16,792 nt of DNA from Patescibacteria group bacterium (GCA_038064775.1 JBBTSG010000013.1:1-16792); one strand, 5' to 3'; positions 6,894 to 15,168 are shown, counted from the first letter of the stretch. Numbers and translations: made by a program. Notes: generated by a model not told the origin, from the sequence alone.

Positions 6894-8054
6894 ATGAAAA
6901 CACGCACACTTTCCAAGCGGAACTGGCTTGGCGGATTTCTTTGCGGGCTTATCGGCATTTTAACTATCGGTTATCTCCACGGAGCGCTCGCGCCAGTTGG
7001 CGGGTTCATCGGTTTTCTCGTCGGTTTTCGGTATGAGGAAATTATTTCCGGCGCTGGCGCGTACTGGCGAATTTCTATCAAACGAATTGATAACACATGG
7101 CAACGATTTGTAGTTTTCGTTACAACGCCAACTCGGAAACTTAAGAGAGCACATATCAATATTGATTTCTCGCCACTGCTAAAATTCATTCATTTTTTAT
7201 TGTTCGTTTTAACTTGGATATTAATGAGGCCTATTGCTATTTACCACTGGCTTAAACGACATCCAATGAACCGCGCTTATGTTATTCTCGCGTTCGCTGT
7301 TGTGGCATATTTTGTGCTTCAGTTTCTTTGGATTATTCCATTTGCTCAGAATATGAGCGCGCGCCACGAACTATTTTTACAAAGTGTCGCGCCGGCAGAT
7401 TATGAAAGGGTGCATGATAATGGGACTGAGGGTTTGGTAATGATAGTAATTTTAGGCGGCTTATTTCCAATATTTGCTGGAGTGATTTTTTCGCTTACTT
7501 CAATCGATTATAAAATTTCAGAAATGCGGCTCTATTACAAGCGGTTTGAGTGCTATATGAATCATGGAGGGTTTTACTTTTTCTTGCAGTCGCTATGGAG
7601 AATGATTTGTATGGAATTTTTTGGCGCATTACTCGAACTTTCTATGCTTTTGTACTGGATCGCGGGCGGCGCTTTGCTTATCGCTTTTGTGTTTGCTCCA
7701 GTTTCCGCCATTGTCGGTTCTTTCCGAGGTTTTTGGAAAATTATGGCACGGAACGATTACTGGCCCGGGCTTATTATTTCAACGGTTGTTATGCTCGCGG
7801 TGGGATTACTGACGCATCAGTATTTACAAGGAACTGTTCTTTGGATTGTCGCGCTAGCAACAGGAACAATTTGCGGCAGTTCTGCTGTTGCGGCACAACG
7901 GGCGCTTATTTCGTACTACGTAATTCGTCCACGGCTTCAGGCGATGGTTCGTCTTCGCACTTCGCGATATCTCTTACCGACAGGGCGTTCCTTCGTGAAA
8001 TTTTCAGGGCGATTGAACGATGTGATTTTTAGTTTCGCCCCGAAACCAGTGTAA
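6894..8054 (+). CDS. Hypothetical polytopic membrane protein (386 aa, ~9-10 TM), family not recognised
   Basis: Long ORF with a good RBS and multiple hydrophobic segments. The first 60 nt are ~50% GC versus ~33-40% for neighbouring genes. It is followed by a strong terminator. Overlapping ORFs 7550-8032 and 7621-7812 are treated as frame artefacts of the GC-richer sequence. Confidence 0.7.
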   Translation: MKTRTLSKRNWLGGFLCGLIGILTIGYLHGALAPVGGFIGFLVGFRYEEIISGAGAYWRISIKRIDNTWQRFVVFVTTPTRKLKRAHINIDFSPLLKFIHFLLFVLTWILMRPIAIYHWLKRHPMNRAYVILAFAVVAYFVLQFLWIIPFAQNMSARHELFLQSVAPADYERVHDNGTEGLVMIVILGGLFPIFAGVIFSLTSIDYKISEMRLYYKRFECYMNHGGFYFFLQSLWRMICMEFFGALLELSMLLYWIAGGALLIAFVFAPVSAIVGSFRGFWKIMARNDYWPGLIISTVVMLAVGLLTHQYLQGTVLWIVALATGTICGSSAVAAQRALISYYVIRPRLQAMVRLRTSRYLLPTGRSFVKFSGRLNDVIFSFAPKPV

Positions 8055-8074
8055 CTAGAAGTGATTATATTAAG

Positions 8075-8101
8075 CCGACGGCACAAACCGTCGGTTTTTT
8101 T
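8075..8101 (+). terminator. Intrinsic terminator
   Basis: ccgacgg-cacaaa-ccgtcgg stem followed by a 7-nt T-run. Confidence 0.8.
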
Positions 8102-8107
8102 ATATTT

Positions 8108-8869
8108 TTATTTCGCAATTTGGATAACAATATAAAGCAAAGCGATGCCTAGCAAGGTCATAAAAGTGGTGAGTTTTTTTGGATGAGCATGATGGCTTTC
8201 CGGCAGAAGATCACTCGCGCCGATATAAATGAAACAGCCGCAAAAAATTGCAAGCACAATACTGAGAGTATTTTTCGGCAGTGAGTAAAAAAAAGTGCTA
8301 AGAATACCTAAGACGGGGGCCAAGGCGTCTAAGATCAACCACCGGATAGCTGTTTTATTTCCGCCATTATTTTTCAAAACTAAATTAACGGTGTTAATGC
8401 CGTCAGAAAAGTCATGCGTAAGAACAGCGATTGTAACCACAAGTCCTATTGCGGATGATATTTGAAAGGCAAGGCCGATAATTACCCCGTCAAGAAAACT
8501 ATGTAAAGACAAACTGGCCGCTCCAAGAGCGCCACGATGATTAATGTTTTCGCAATTATCTTCAGCGTGTGAGTGTAAAACAATCAAACGGTCTAAAAGT
8601 AGATAAACAACAAAACCTAAACCGATCATTAGCGAAACAAATGAAAAATCTTCACCAATATTTCGTAGATTAGCCGCTTCTGGCAGAAGGTCAAAAAAAG
8701 CTACGCCAATAACAGCTCCTGCGCTAAAACCCGTAATAAGGTGGAGTTTATCTTTGAATTTTAAGGCAAAAAAACCGCCTAAAAATGTAGTTGCAAAAGC
8801 CAAAATACCAATGAAAACTATTAACATAAGTGCTATCATTATAAATGAAAAGATAGCAGGAGAACACAA
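8108..8869 (-). CDS. ZIP-family (ZupT/GufA-like) divalent metal transporter
   Basis: Motifs LHSFLDGVIIGLAF and THDFSDGINTV, together with an 8-TM-like hydropathy, match the ZIP-family signature (H..LDG...G / H.F.DG). The longest ORF starts at TTG 8869. An in-frame ATG at 8839 (MIALMLIV...) is an alternative. No SD is seen for either start. Confidence 0.75.
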   Translation of the reverse strand: MCSPAIFSFIMIALMLIVFIGILAFATTFLGGFFALKFKDKLHLITGFSAGAVIGVAFFDLLPEAANLRNIGEDFSFVSLMIGLGFVVYLLLDRLIVLHSHAEDNCENINHRGALGAASLSLHSFLDGVIIGLAFQISSAIGLVVTIAVLTHDFSDGINTVNLVLKNNGGNKTAIRWLILDALAPVLGILSTFFYSLPKNTLSIVLAIFCGCFIYIGASDLLPESHHAHPKKLTTFMTLLGIALLYIVIQIAK

Positions 8870-8894
8870 AGGTCGTTTTTTTAATTATAAATTT

Positions 8895-9023
8895 ATGATT
8901 TGTAAAAAATGTAGTACTGAGCACGAACACGATCGTAGTGTCTGCGAATGCCACTGCAGTGATTGTCATCACGAAACTCACGACAGCGGAAAATGCGATA
9001 CGTGTGATTGTGGCGGCAAGTAA
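8895..9023 (+). CDS. Candidate 42-aa Cys/His-rich micro-protein (MICKKCSTEHEHDRSVCECHCSDCHHETHDSGKCDTCDCGGK)
   Basis: ATG at 8895 to TAA at 9023, with 9 Cys and 6 His in 42 residues (CxxC...CxCxCxxC...CxxCxC). It is divergent from the ZIP transporter start. No SD is present. The track's 89-aa version (8754..) extends antisense into the ZIP gene and is probably not real. Confidence 0.4.
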   Translation: MICKKCSTEHEHDRSVCECHCSDCHHETHDSGKCDTCDCGGK

Positions 9024-9164
9024 TCAATTTTTCGCTTAGTCACGCCATAAAAATCGTCAATTAAGAAACGACGGTTTTTATTTTAAAATTCTGATCTAAG
9101 ATTAATTTTCATAGATAGATAGTAAGGATTTTCTGAACCGCTATTTAGTATAATTATATTAATA

Positions 9165-9620
9165 ATGATAAACCCGCTCCCACTTCATGAATTAAAAAAA
9201 CTCCGTAAACCGATTCGGAATATAAACGTTGAACATAGAGAAAATCTTAGTCGGCTTGAAAGAATAGCTGTTTGGGTGACTGATCATGTCGGCTCAATGG
9301 GATTTTTTCTAATAATTCTAACTTGGACGCTCGCCTGGCTTAGTTGGAATAGTTTTGGCCCAGAAGAAATGCGTTTTGATCCTTTCCCAGCATTCGTTCT
9401 TTGGCTTTTTATATCAAATATGATTCAAATTTCGCTAATGCCATTAATTATGCTCGGCCAAAATCTTCAGAGTCGTCATTCCGAAGCAAGAGCCGAAGCT
9501 GACTTTGACGTGAGCGTTAAAGCGGAAAGAGAGCTTGAAACAATCTTGATGCACTTAGAAAATCAAAACAATATGATTTTAAAAATTATCAGCAGGTTAG
9601 AGATAAAAGATAAGCAATAA
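9165..9620 (+). CDS. DUF1003-family membrane protein
   Basis: Pattern LERIAVWVTDHVGSMGFFLIILTWTLAWLSWN...FDPFPFVLWLFISNMIQISLMPLIMLGQNLQSRHSEARAEADFDVSVKAEREL matches the conserved core of DUF1003 proteins (two TM helices, FDPYPF, QNRQ..R....D..VN.KAE). Confidence 0.7.
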   Translation: MINPLPLHELKKLRKPIRNINVEHRENLSRLERIAVWVTDHVGSMGFFLIILTWTLAWLSWNSFGPEEMRFDPFPAFVLWLFISNMIQISLMPLIMLGQNLQSRHSEARAEADFDVSVKAERELETILMHLENQNNMILKIISRLEIKDKQ

Positions 9621-9782
9621 ATAAAATTAGCGTCACCATTCACAGCCGTACCGTTGAAGGCGATCCAGACGAACTTTATTATCTTGAATCGCTAAATTAC
9701 GCCGAAGCAAAAAATTTTTATAAAATTGTTGGCGCTACAAAACTGGCGAAACAATCTTGTTGGTTGTAAAATAATAATAAAT

Positions 9783-11225
9783 ATGAAAAATTTCTTCAAA
9801 AAGCCCTGGATAATTATTTCTCTTGTTGTAATTGTGATAATAGTAATTATTTTAATTTTTTCCGGCGGCAAGAAAAAAGGCCCTGAAACTGTAAAAGTCG
9901 TGAGGGAAAAAATATCTGAAGAGGTTTCGGCGACCGGTAATGTAAAGCCGGTTCAAAGCGTTGACTTAGCATTTGAAAAAAGCGGCCGTATCGCCGTGAT
10001 TAACGCTAATGTTGGCGACAATGTTTATATTGGCGAGGCGATTGTAATTTTAGACAAGGCTGACTTAGAAGCTCAAAAATCAAAAGCCGAAGCGGATTTG
10101 GAAGTTCAAAAAGCTGATTTAGAAAAAGCCAAAGTTGATCTCGCGAATTACTTCGGGAGCGTTTCGGACGTTTTAAATGATGCTTACGTAAAGGCGAATG
10201 ACGCGGTAAGGAATCAATTAGACGCGATATTTATTAATGACGAATCACAAAACCCGTCTTTATCATTTTCCACTAATAATATTGCGATTGATAACGACGC
10301 GCGGAGTTTGCGATTTATAATGGCCGCCACCCTTAATCAATGGCTGAAAGAACTTAACGCGATTAAAAGCGCCACTTCTTATGAAGATTTAAACGGACAA
10401 TTGGAAAAAGCCAGTGGGTATCTATCGACAACGCGCTCCCTTCTTTTAAAGGCAATGGATGCGGTGATAAACGCTTCGGATTCCTCGCTCACTTCGTCAT
10501 CTGCTAATACGTATAAAGCTAATATCAACACAGGTCTTACAAATATAAATACCGCTATTGCTAATCTAACCACAAGAAAGCAGTTAATTATTTCGGAGAA
10601 AACAATCATTACTTCGCTTGAGACAAGCATAAAATCATATGAAGCTAGTGTAAATAATATAAAAGCGCAGATTTCAAAGATGACTATTTACGCGCCGATT
10701 CGTGGCGTTATCACCATTCAAAACGCTAAAGTTGGCGAAATTGCGCCGGCCGGTTCGGTTATAGTTTCTATAATATCCGCTAATAATTTTGAAGTGGAAG
10801 CAAACGTAGCTGAAGCCGACATTGCTAAGGTAAAAATTGGTAACACGGCGCAAATTACTCTCGACGCTTATGGTAACGACGTTAATTTCGATGCTAAAGT
10901 TTTCTCAGTAGATCCAGCCGAGACAATAATTGAAGGCGTGGCAACCTACAAAACAAAATTTCAATTTGCGAAGAGCGATAACAGAATAAAATCAGGAATG
11001 ACCGCGAACATTACCATTCATACATCAGAAAAAGAAAATGTGTTAGTTTTACCACAGCGGACAGTTGGAAATGATAATGGCCAGAGATTCGTGCTTATCG
11101 ATCTTGGAAATGGAAAATCGGAAAAACGAGATGTAGAAGTTGGGCTGCGGGGAGCGGACGGCAACATAGAAATTATAAAAGGCTTAAACGAGAATGACGT
11201 TATCCTTGTAAATTATTCTCAATAA
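9783..11225 (+). CDS. HlyD-family membrane-fusion / periplasmic adaptor protein (MacA/YknX-like) with an N-terminal signal anchor and a long coiled-coil insertion
   Basis: N-terminal MKNFFKKPWIIISLVVIVIIVIILIF anchor. Lipoyl/beta-barrel motifs VSATGNVKPVQSVDLAFEKSGRIAVINANVGDNV ... TIYAPIRGVITIQNAKVGE ... IKSGMTANITI. The track's ORF begins at TTG 9726, but ATG 9783 directly precedes the TM anchor and is preferred. Confidence 0.85.
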   Translation: MKNFFKKPWIIISLVVIVIIVIILIFSGGKKKGPETVKVVREKISEEVSATGNVKPVQSVDLAFEKSGRIAVINANVGDNVYIGEAIVILDKADLEAQKSKAEADLEVQKADLEKAKVDLANYFGSVSDVLNDAYVKANDAVRNQLDAIFINDESQNPSLSFSTNNIAIDNDARSLRFIMAATLNQWLKELNAIKSATSYEDLNGQLEKASGYLSTTRSLLLKAMDAVINASDSSLTSSSANTYKANINTGLTNINTAIANLTTRKQLIISEKTIITSLETSIKSYEASVNNIKAQISKMTIYAPIRGVITIQNAKVGEIAPAGSVIVSIISANNFEVEANVAEADIAKVKIGNTAQITLDAYGNDVNFDAKVFSVDPAETIIEGVATYKTKFQFAKSDNRIKSGMTANITIHTSEKENVLVLPQRTVGNDNGQRFVLIDLGNGKSEKRDVEVGLRGADGNIEIIKGLNENDVILVNYSQ

Positions 11226-11227
11226 TT

Positions 11228-11944
11228 ATGGCTTTGATTGAAGTCAGTCATCTTGAAAAAACCTACAATGATGACGGCGTTTCTACTCCGGCCGTTCGGG
11301 ATATTTCTTTCAATGTTCAAAAAGGAGAGTTTGTCGCGATAATGGGCCCTTCAGGTTCGGGGAAGTCCACCTTGCTCCATATTTTGGGATTTTTAGACCG
11401 TCAAAGTGGCGGTACTTATCGTTTTGACGGAAAAACTATGGATGATTATTCTCCCGTGGAACTGGCGCGGGTGAGAAACGCGAAGATGGGTTTTGTTTTT
11501 CAAACTTTCAACTTACTTTCTCGGACTAGCGTATTAAACAATGTGAAGTTACCACTTCTATATTCCGGCATTAAGGAATCTTATTGGGATGAAATGGCAA
11601 AAAAAGCAATTGAAGATGTTGGTTTATCTCACCGGTTAGACCATGAATCGGCTAAACTTTCGGGCGGCGAAAAACAGCGGGTAGCAATGGCTCGGGCGCT
11701 TGTGCTAGATCCGCAGATAATTTTTGCCGATGAACCAACCGGCAATCTTGATTCAAAATCAGGCCAAATGGTAATGGAAACTATTCAGCGTTTAAACGAA
11801 GAACACGGCCATACCGTGATTCTTATTACGCACGAAACTTACACCGCCGAACATGCCCAAAGAGTAATCCATATTTTAGATGGGAGAATTGATAAAGACG
11901 AAAAAGTAATTAGTCGCCGTCAAAGCGAAGAATTCATAAAATAA
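11228..11944 (+). CDS. ABC transporter ATP-binding protein, MacB/LolD/FtsE-like
   Basis: Walker [11 protein letters not shown]-loop, ABC signature [15 protein letters not shown], Walker [13 protein letters not shown], and H-loop ITHE. The start lies 3 nt after the upstream stop, which suggests an operon. Confidence 0.95.
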   Translation: MALIEVSHLEKTYNDDGVSTPAVRDISFNVQKGEFVAIMGPSGSGKSTLLHILGFLDRQSGGTYRFDGKTMDDYSPVELARVRNAKMGFVFQTFNLLSRTSVLNNVKLPLLYSGIKESYWDEMAKKAIEDVGLSHRLDHESAKLSGGEKQRVAMARALVLDPQIIFADEPTGNLDSKSGQMVMETIQRLNEEHGHTVILITHETYTAEHAQRVIHILDGRIDKDEKVISRRQSEEFIK

Positions 11945-11947
11945 AAA

Positions 11948-13186
11948 ATGGTTATTAAATATAGCATTAAAACTGCCCTGAACGGGCTTAAAACTCACAA
12001 GTCGCGTTCGGTTCTGACTGTTTTAGGAATTGTGATAGGTATCACCGCCATTATTCTTGTGATGTCTTTGGGACAAGGCGCTCAAGATCTTATTCTTGGG
12101 CAAATTAAGGGTATTGGAGCAAGGACAATCGCAACAGTTCCCGGACGCCAACCTAAAGGCCCGACCGATTTTATTTCCATGTTTACCGATTCATTAAAGC
12201 CAGCGGATCTTTTAGCTTTGAGCCAGAAAAAAAACGTGCCTCACGCGGACGGCATAATGCCGGTGGTTTTCGGCAGCCAATCAGCAGTTTACGAAAATAA
12301 TACTTACCGCCCGACAATATTTGGCGCAACCGAACTTTTCTCGAAAATATATAACATTTATCCAGAGGAAGGAAGGATATTTACGAATGACGAAGTAAAA
12401 AGTTATTCCGACGTAGTTGTTATTGGTTCAAAAGTAAACATCCAGCTTAATGGCAATGGAAGTTTATTAAACCAAAAAATAAAAATAAATGGCCGCAACT
12501 TCAAAGTTATTGGCATTTTTCCAAAACAAGGACAATCTACCTTTCTTAATTTCGACGAAGCCGCTTTTATTCCGTACACGACTGCTCAGCAATATGTTTT
12601 TGGAAAGAAGCATTTTGATCGAATAGTCGTTCAAGCCGATACCGAAGCTAATGTCGCGCAAACAGTGGAAGATATAAAAATAACTCTCCGCAATAATCAC
12701 AACATTACCGATCCAACAAAAGACGATTTTTTTGTTGAAACTCAAGCACAAGCAATGGCAACGGTCGGCACGATTACAAGCGTGCTCACTTTATTTCTAG
12801 CCGCCGTTGCCGCGATTTCTCTTGTCGTTGGCGGTATTGGTATTATGAATATTATGCTTGTCTCCGTTACCGAACGGACGCGGGAAATAGGTTTAAGAAA
12901 AGCTTTGGGCGCCACCGAAAAAGATATTCTTGTCCAGTTTTTGCTCGAAGCAATAATCCTTACCGCTTTGGGCGGAGCGATAGGCATAATCCTTGGCGCC
13001 ACACTTTCGTTTATTATTTCTCTTGTTTTAACCAAATTTTTAGCAGTGAATTGGGTTTTCTCTTTTCCGGTTGGAGCAGCGGCGCTTGGTTTAGGTGTCG
13101 CGGCTTTTGTGGGTTTGGTTTTCGGTATCTATCCCGCTCGTCAGGCGTCTAAAAAAAGCCCGATAGAAGCTCTCCGTTACGAATAA
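11948..13186 (+). CDS. ABC transporter permease, MacB-type (periplasmic MacB_PCD domain plus FtsX 4-TM domain)
   Basis: N-terminal TM, then a large extracytoplasmic domain, then the FtsX-type C-terminus ...MNIMLVSVTERTREIGLRKALGATEKDILVQFLLEAIILTALGGAIGIILG.... Starts 4 nt after the ATPase gene. Confidence 0.9.
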   Translation: MVIKYSIKTALNGLKTHKSRSVLTVLGIVIGITAIILVMSLGQGAQDLILGQIKGIGARTIATVPGRQPKGPTDFISMFTDSLKPADLLALSQKKNVPHADGIMPVVFGSQSAVYENNTYRPTIFGATELFSKIYNIYPEEGRIFTNDEVKSYSDVVVIGSKVNIQLNGNGSLLNQKIKINGRNFKVIGIFPKQGQSTFLNFDEAAFIPYTTAQQYVFGKKHFDRIVVQADTEANVAQTVEDIKITLRNNHNITDPTKDDFFVETQAQAMATVGTITSVLTLFLAAVAAISLVVGGIGIMNIMLVSVTERTREIGLRKALGATEKDILVQFLLEAIILTALGGAIGIILGATLSFIISLVLTKFLAVNWVFSFPVGAAALGLGVAAFVGLVFGIYPARQASKKSPIEALRYE

Positions 13187-13188
13187 TT

Positions 13189-13497
13189 TTGGCGAGTATT
13201 TATTTTAGTGATATAATCAGATTAATGCTCCATAAAAAAGCTTTTGCTAACTCACTCGCTCTTCTTTCCAGTCTTAGTTATCTGCTTTTTACTTTGTTTT
13301 ATTGGCTTGCTCCCGGTTTGTTTTCTTTTATTTTTAACGCTCTGTTTTTTGGCGCGAACATTACCTCTCTTTTTCCGGCGGATTTTTCTCTAGGGAAATT
13401 TATTGGCGACTCTCTAGTTCTATTAATTGGAAGTTGGCTTTTTGGTTTTGTTTGGGCTTGGTTTTATAATCGATTTTCGAGGCAAAACAATGAATGA
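13189..13497 (+). CDS. Hypothetical small membrane protein (102 aa from TTG 13189, or 90 aa from ATG 13225)
   Basis: Hydrophobic 2-3 TM ORF that follows the permease and overlaps the next gene by 4 nt (ATGA). A promoter-like TTGGCG-17-TATAAT at 13189-13217 would make ATG 13225 (near-)leaderless. Confidence 0.5.
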   Translation: MASIYFSDIIRLMLHKKAFANSLALLSSLSYLLFTLFYWLAPGLFSFIFNALFFGANITSLFPADFSLGKFIGDSLVLLIGSWLFGFVWAWFYNRFSRQNNE

Positions 13498-14684
13498 TCC
13501 GCATTCCTTTAATTAGTTTTCTAGTTTTACTTACAGCCTTAGGCGGAATAATTTTCTTAAATTTTCACGAAGCAAACGAGTATTATGTAAATACCGAGGT
13601 GCCCGAAAAACATCCGCCGAGTATTAAAAAAAATCTTGAAACAGATATTGGTTTTCAAAAGCCGCTTACCTCGCCGCCTACAATAATTCGGGCGGTTTAT
13701 CTTACTAGTTGGTCAGCTGGACGGGGAAGCGTGATAGATTATATTATCGATCTTTCCAAAAAAACTGATTTAAACGCGGTAGTAATAGACATTAAAGATT
13801 TTTCTGGGTTTATTACTTATGACACGAGCGTGAGTGATATTCTAAAATACAAAGCAAAAGAGATAAGAATTCCTAAAATAAATTCTTTGATCAAGAAACT
13901 TCACGATAACAATATTTATGTGATTGCGAGAATAACGGTTTTTGAAGACGGCCGTTTAGCGCTTGCGCGGCCGGATTTAGCGGTTCAAAATCTTTCTTTC
14001 TATTCAACGAGTAGCGCGCCAACCACTTCAACGATTTGGCGTGACCGGAAAAATTTGGCTTGGGTTGATCCGGCTTCAACCGAAGTTTGGGATTATATCG
14101 TAAAAATAAGCCGTGACGCGGCCGCCCGCGGTTTTGACGAGCTTAATTTTGATTATATTCGTTTCCCGTCAGACGGCGACCTTAATCTGCTTTATTTTTC
14201 TCATTGGGATCAAAAAACACCGTATCATTTTGTAATCCGTAGCTTTTTTAAGTATTTACGAGAACATTTGAATGGCGTGCGTCTTTCTGCCGATCTTTTC
14301 GGTTTGGCGACAGTTAGCAAGAACGATTTAGGCATAGGTCAGTTAATTGAAGATGCTTATGAATATTTCGATTTCGTTTCACCAATGATTTACCCTTCGC
14401 ACTACAGTTTCGGTTTTGACGGTTGCAAAGAGCCGGCGCGTTGTCCCTACGTTATGGTTAGCCATTCAATGGCTTCCGCCCTCGAGCGACTCGCGATAAG
14501 TTCGGGGACTATAGCAGGGTTGCGGCCATGGCTTCAGGATTTTGACCTTTTAGGCGTGTCATATGGTTTGTCGGAAGTTAAGGCGCAAATTCAAGCTGTT
14601 AAAGACACAACAAGTAGTTCTTTTCGAGGATTTATGCTTTGGAACGCGGGTAACAACTACACAATCGACGCTTTAAATGATTAG
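13494..14684 (+). CDS. Membrane-anchored putative glycoside-hydrolase-like TIM-barrel protein (DUF4015/GHL-type)
   Basis: N-terminal signal anchor (IPLISFLVLLTALGGIIFL), then RAVYLTSWSAGRGSVIDYIIDLSKKTDLNAVVIDIKD...DELNFDYIRFP...FVSPMIYPSHY, which recalls DUF4015 / GH-like TIM barrels. RBS gagg. The family call is by recollection only. Confidence 0.6.
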   Translation: MIRIPLISFLVLLTALGGIIFLNFHEANEYYVNTEVPEKHPPSIKKNLETDIGFQKPLTSPPTIIRAVYLTSWSAGRGSVIDYIIDLSKKTDLNAVVIDIKDFSGFITYDTSVSDILKYKAKEIRIPKINSLIKKLHDNNIYVIARITVFEDGRLALARPDLAVQNLSFYSTSSAPTTSTIWRDRKNLAWVDPASTEVWDYIVKISRDAAARGFDELNFDYIRFPSDGDLNLLYFSHWDQKTPYHFVIRSFFKYLREHLNGVRLSADLFGLATVSKNDLGIGQLIEDAYEYFDFVSPMIYPSHYSFGFDGCKEPARCPYVMVSHSMASALERLAISSGTIAGLRPWLQDFDLLGVSYGLSEVKAQIQAVKDTTSSSFRGFMLWNAGNNYTIDALND

Positions 14685-14693
14685 ATAGGCCCT

Positions 14694-14720
14694 TGAATTG
14701 CCTTGTTGATTTGCTAAAAT
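14694..14720 (+). promoter_or_regulatory. Sigma70-like promoter (TTGAAT-15-TAAAAT)
   Basis: ttgaat(14694-14699) and taaaat(14715-14720). An ATG at 14727 lies 7 nt downstream of the -10 box. Confidence 0.4.
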
Positions 14721-14822
14721 ATAAAAATGTTTTCCAAATTAGAATTTTATTTTTTCGTGGTTATTTGTTTGGTTGTAACATTCGTCGGTTTTAATATAGC
14801 TGTCGGTCGCTAAATAAAATCT

Positions 14823-15119
14823 ATGGTTGGCAATTTTAAAAATCGGCTTAAACACTTTCTAAAACAACTACTCGGTTTGGTAGAAATAATTTTGTTTTTC
14901 CGGCTTGTCTTTAAATATTTCGGCGCTAGTCCCGAAAGTTTCGCTATTAAATATCTTTATCTATTCTCCGATTTTTTAATCTGGCCTTTCCGATATATTT
15001 TTTCAAATCCGTATATCGGCGAGCGTTTATTTGATTTGGTAGCTTTTTCAGCAATGGCAGGTTATTTGATTCTAGTTCTCATTCTTTTACGCGTATTTAA
15101 TCTTTTCAGTCACGATTAA
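14823..15119 (+). CDS. YggT-family small membrane protein
   Basis: LLGLVEIILFFRLVFKYF...SDFLIWPFRYIFSNPYIGERLFDLVAFSAMAGYLILVLIL fits the YggT pattern (LL..V.I.L..R...SW......P...F....T.P.L.P.R......G.IDFSP..A...L). Confidence 0.6.
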   Translation: MVGNFKNRLKHFLKQLLGLVEIILFFRLVFKYFGASPESFAIKYLYLFSDFLIWPFRYIFSNPYIGERLFDLVAFSAMAGYLILVLILLRVFNLFSHD

Positions 15120-15168
15120 ACTCAAGTGTTATAATTTAAACAAAGGCCGGCTTAAGAATTTTATTAAT

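Noticed and set aside
7550-8032. 160-aa and 63-aa ORFs in alternative frames within the 386-aa membrane-protein gene, and minus-strand ORFs 6960-7189
   Set aside because: They overlap a long ORF that has promoter, RBS and terminator. The elevated GC of this gene reduces stop-codon frequency in off-frames.
8754-8894. N-terminal 47 codons of the 89-aa ORF (MNFKAKKPPKNVVAKAK...)
   Set aside because: They run antisense through the N-terminal coding region of the ZIP transporter. Only the Cys/His-rich C-terminal part, from ATG 8895, is intergenic and plausible.
9614-9769. 51-codon open frame with protein-like translation (...TVEGDPDELYYLESLNYAEAKNFYKIVGATKLAKQ...) between the DUF1003 and HlyD genes
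   Set aside because: It has no ATG, GTG or TTG start before its last codons. It could be a gene remnant or chance, so it is not reportable as a CDS.
9726-9782. TTG-initiated 19-codon N-terminal extension of the HlyD-family gene
   Set aside because: The ATG at 9783 is immediately followed by the canonical Lys-rich signal-anchor helix, so the extension is likely an ORF-caller artefact.
10379-13035. Minus-strand ORFs 10379-10630, 12467-12751 and 12742-13035
   Set aside because: They are embedded antisense in confidently identified HlyD and FtsX-permease genes and have no expression signals.
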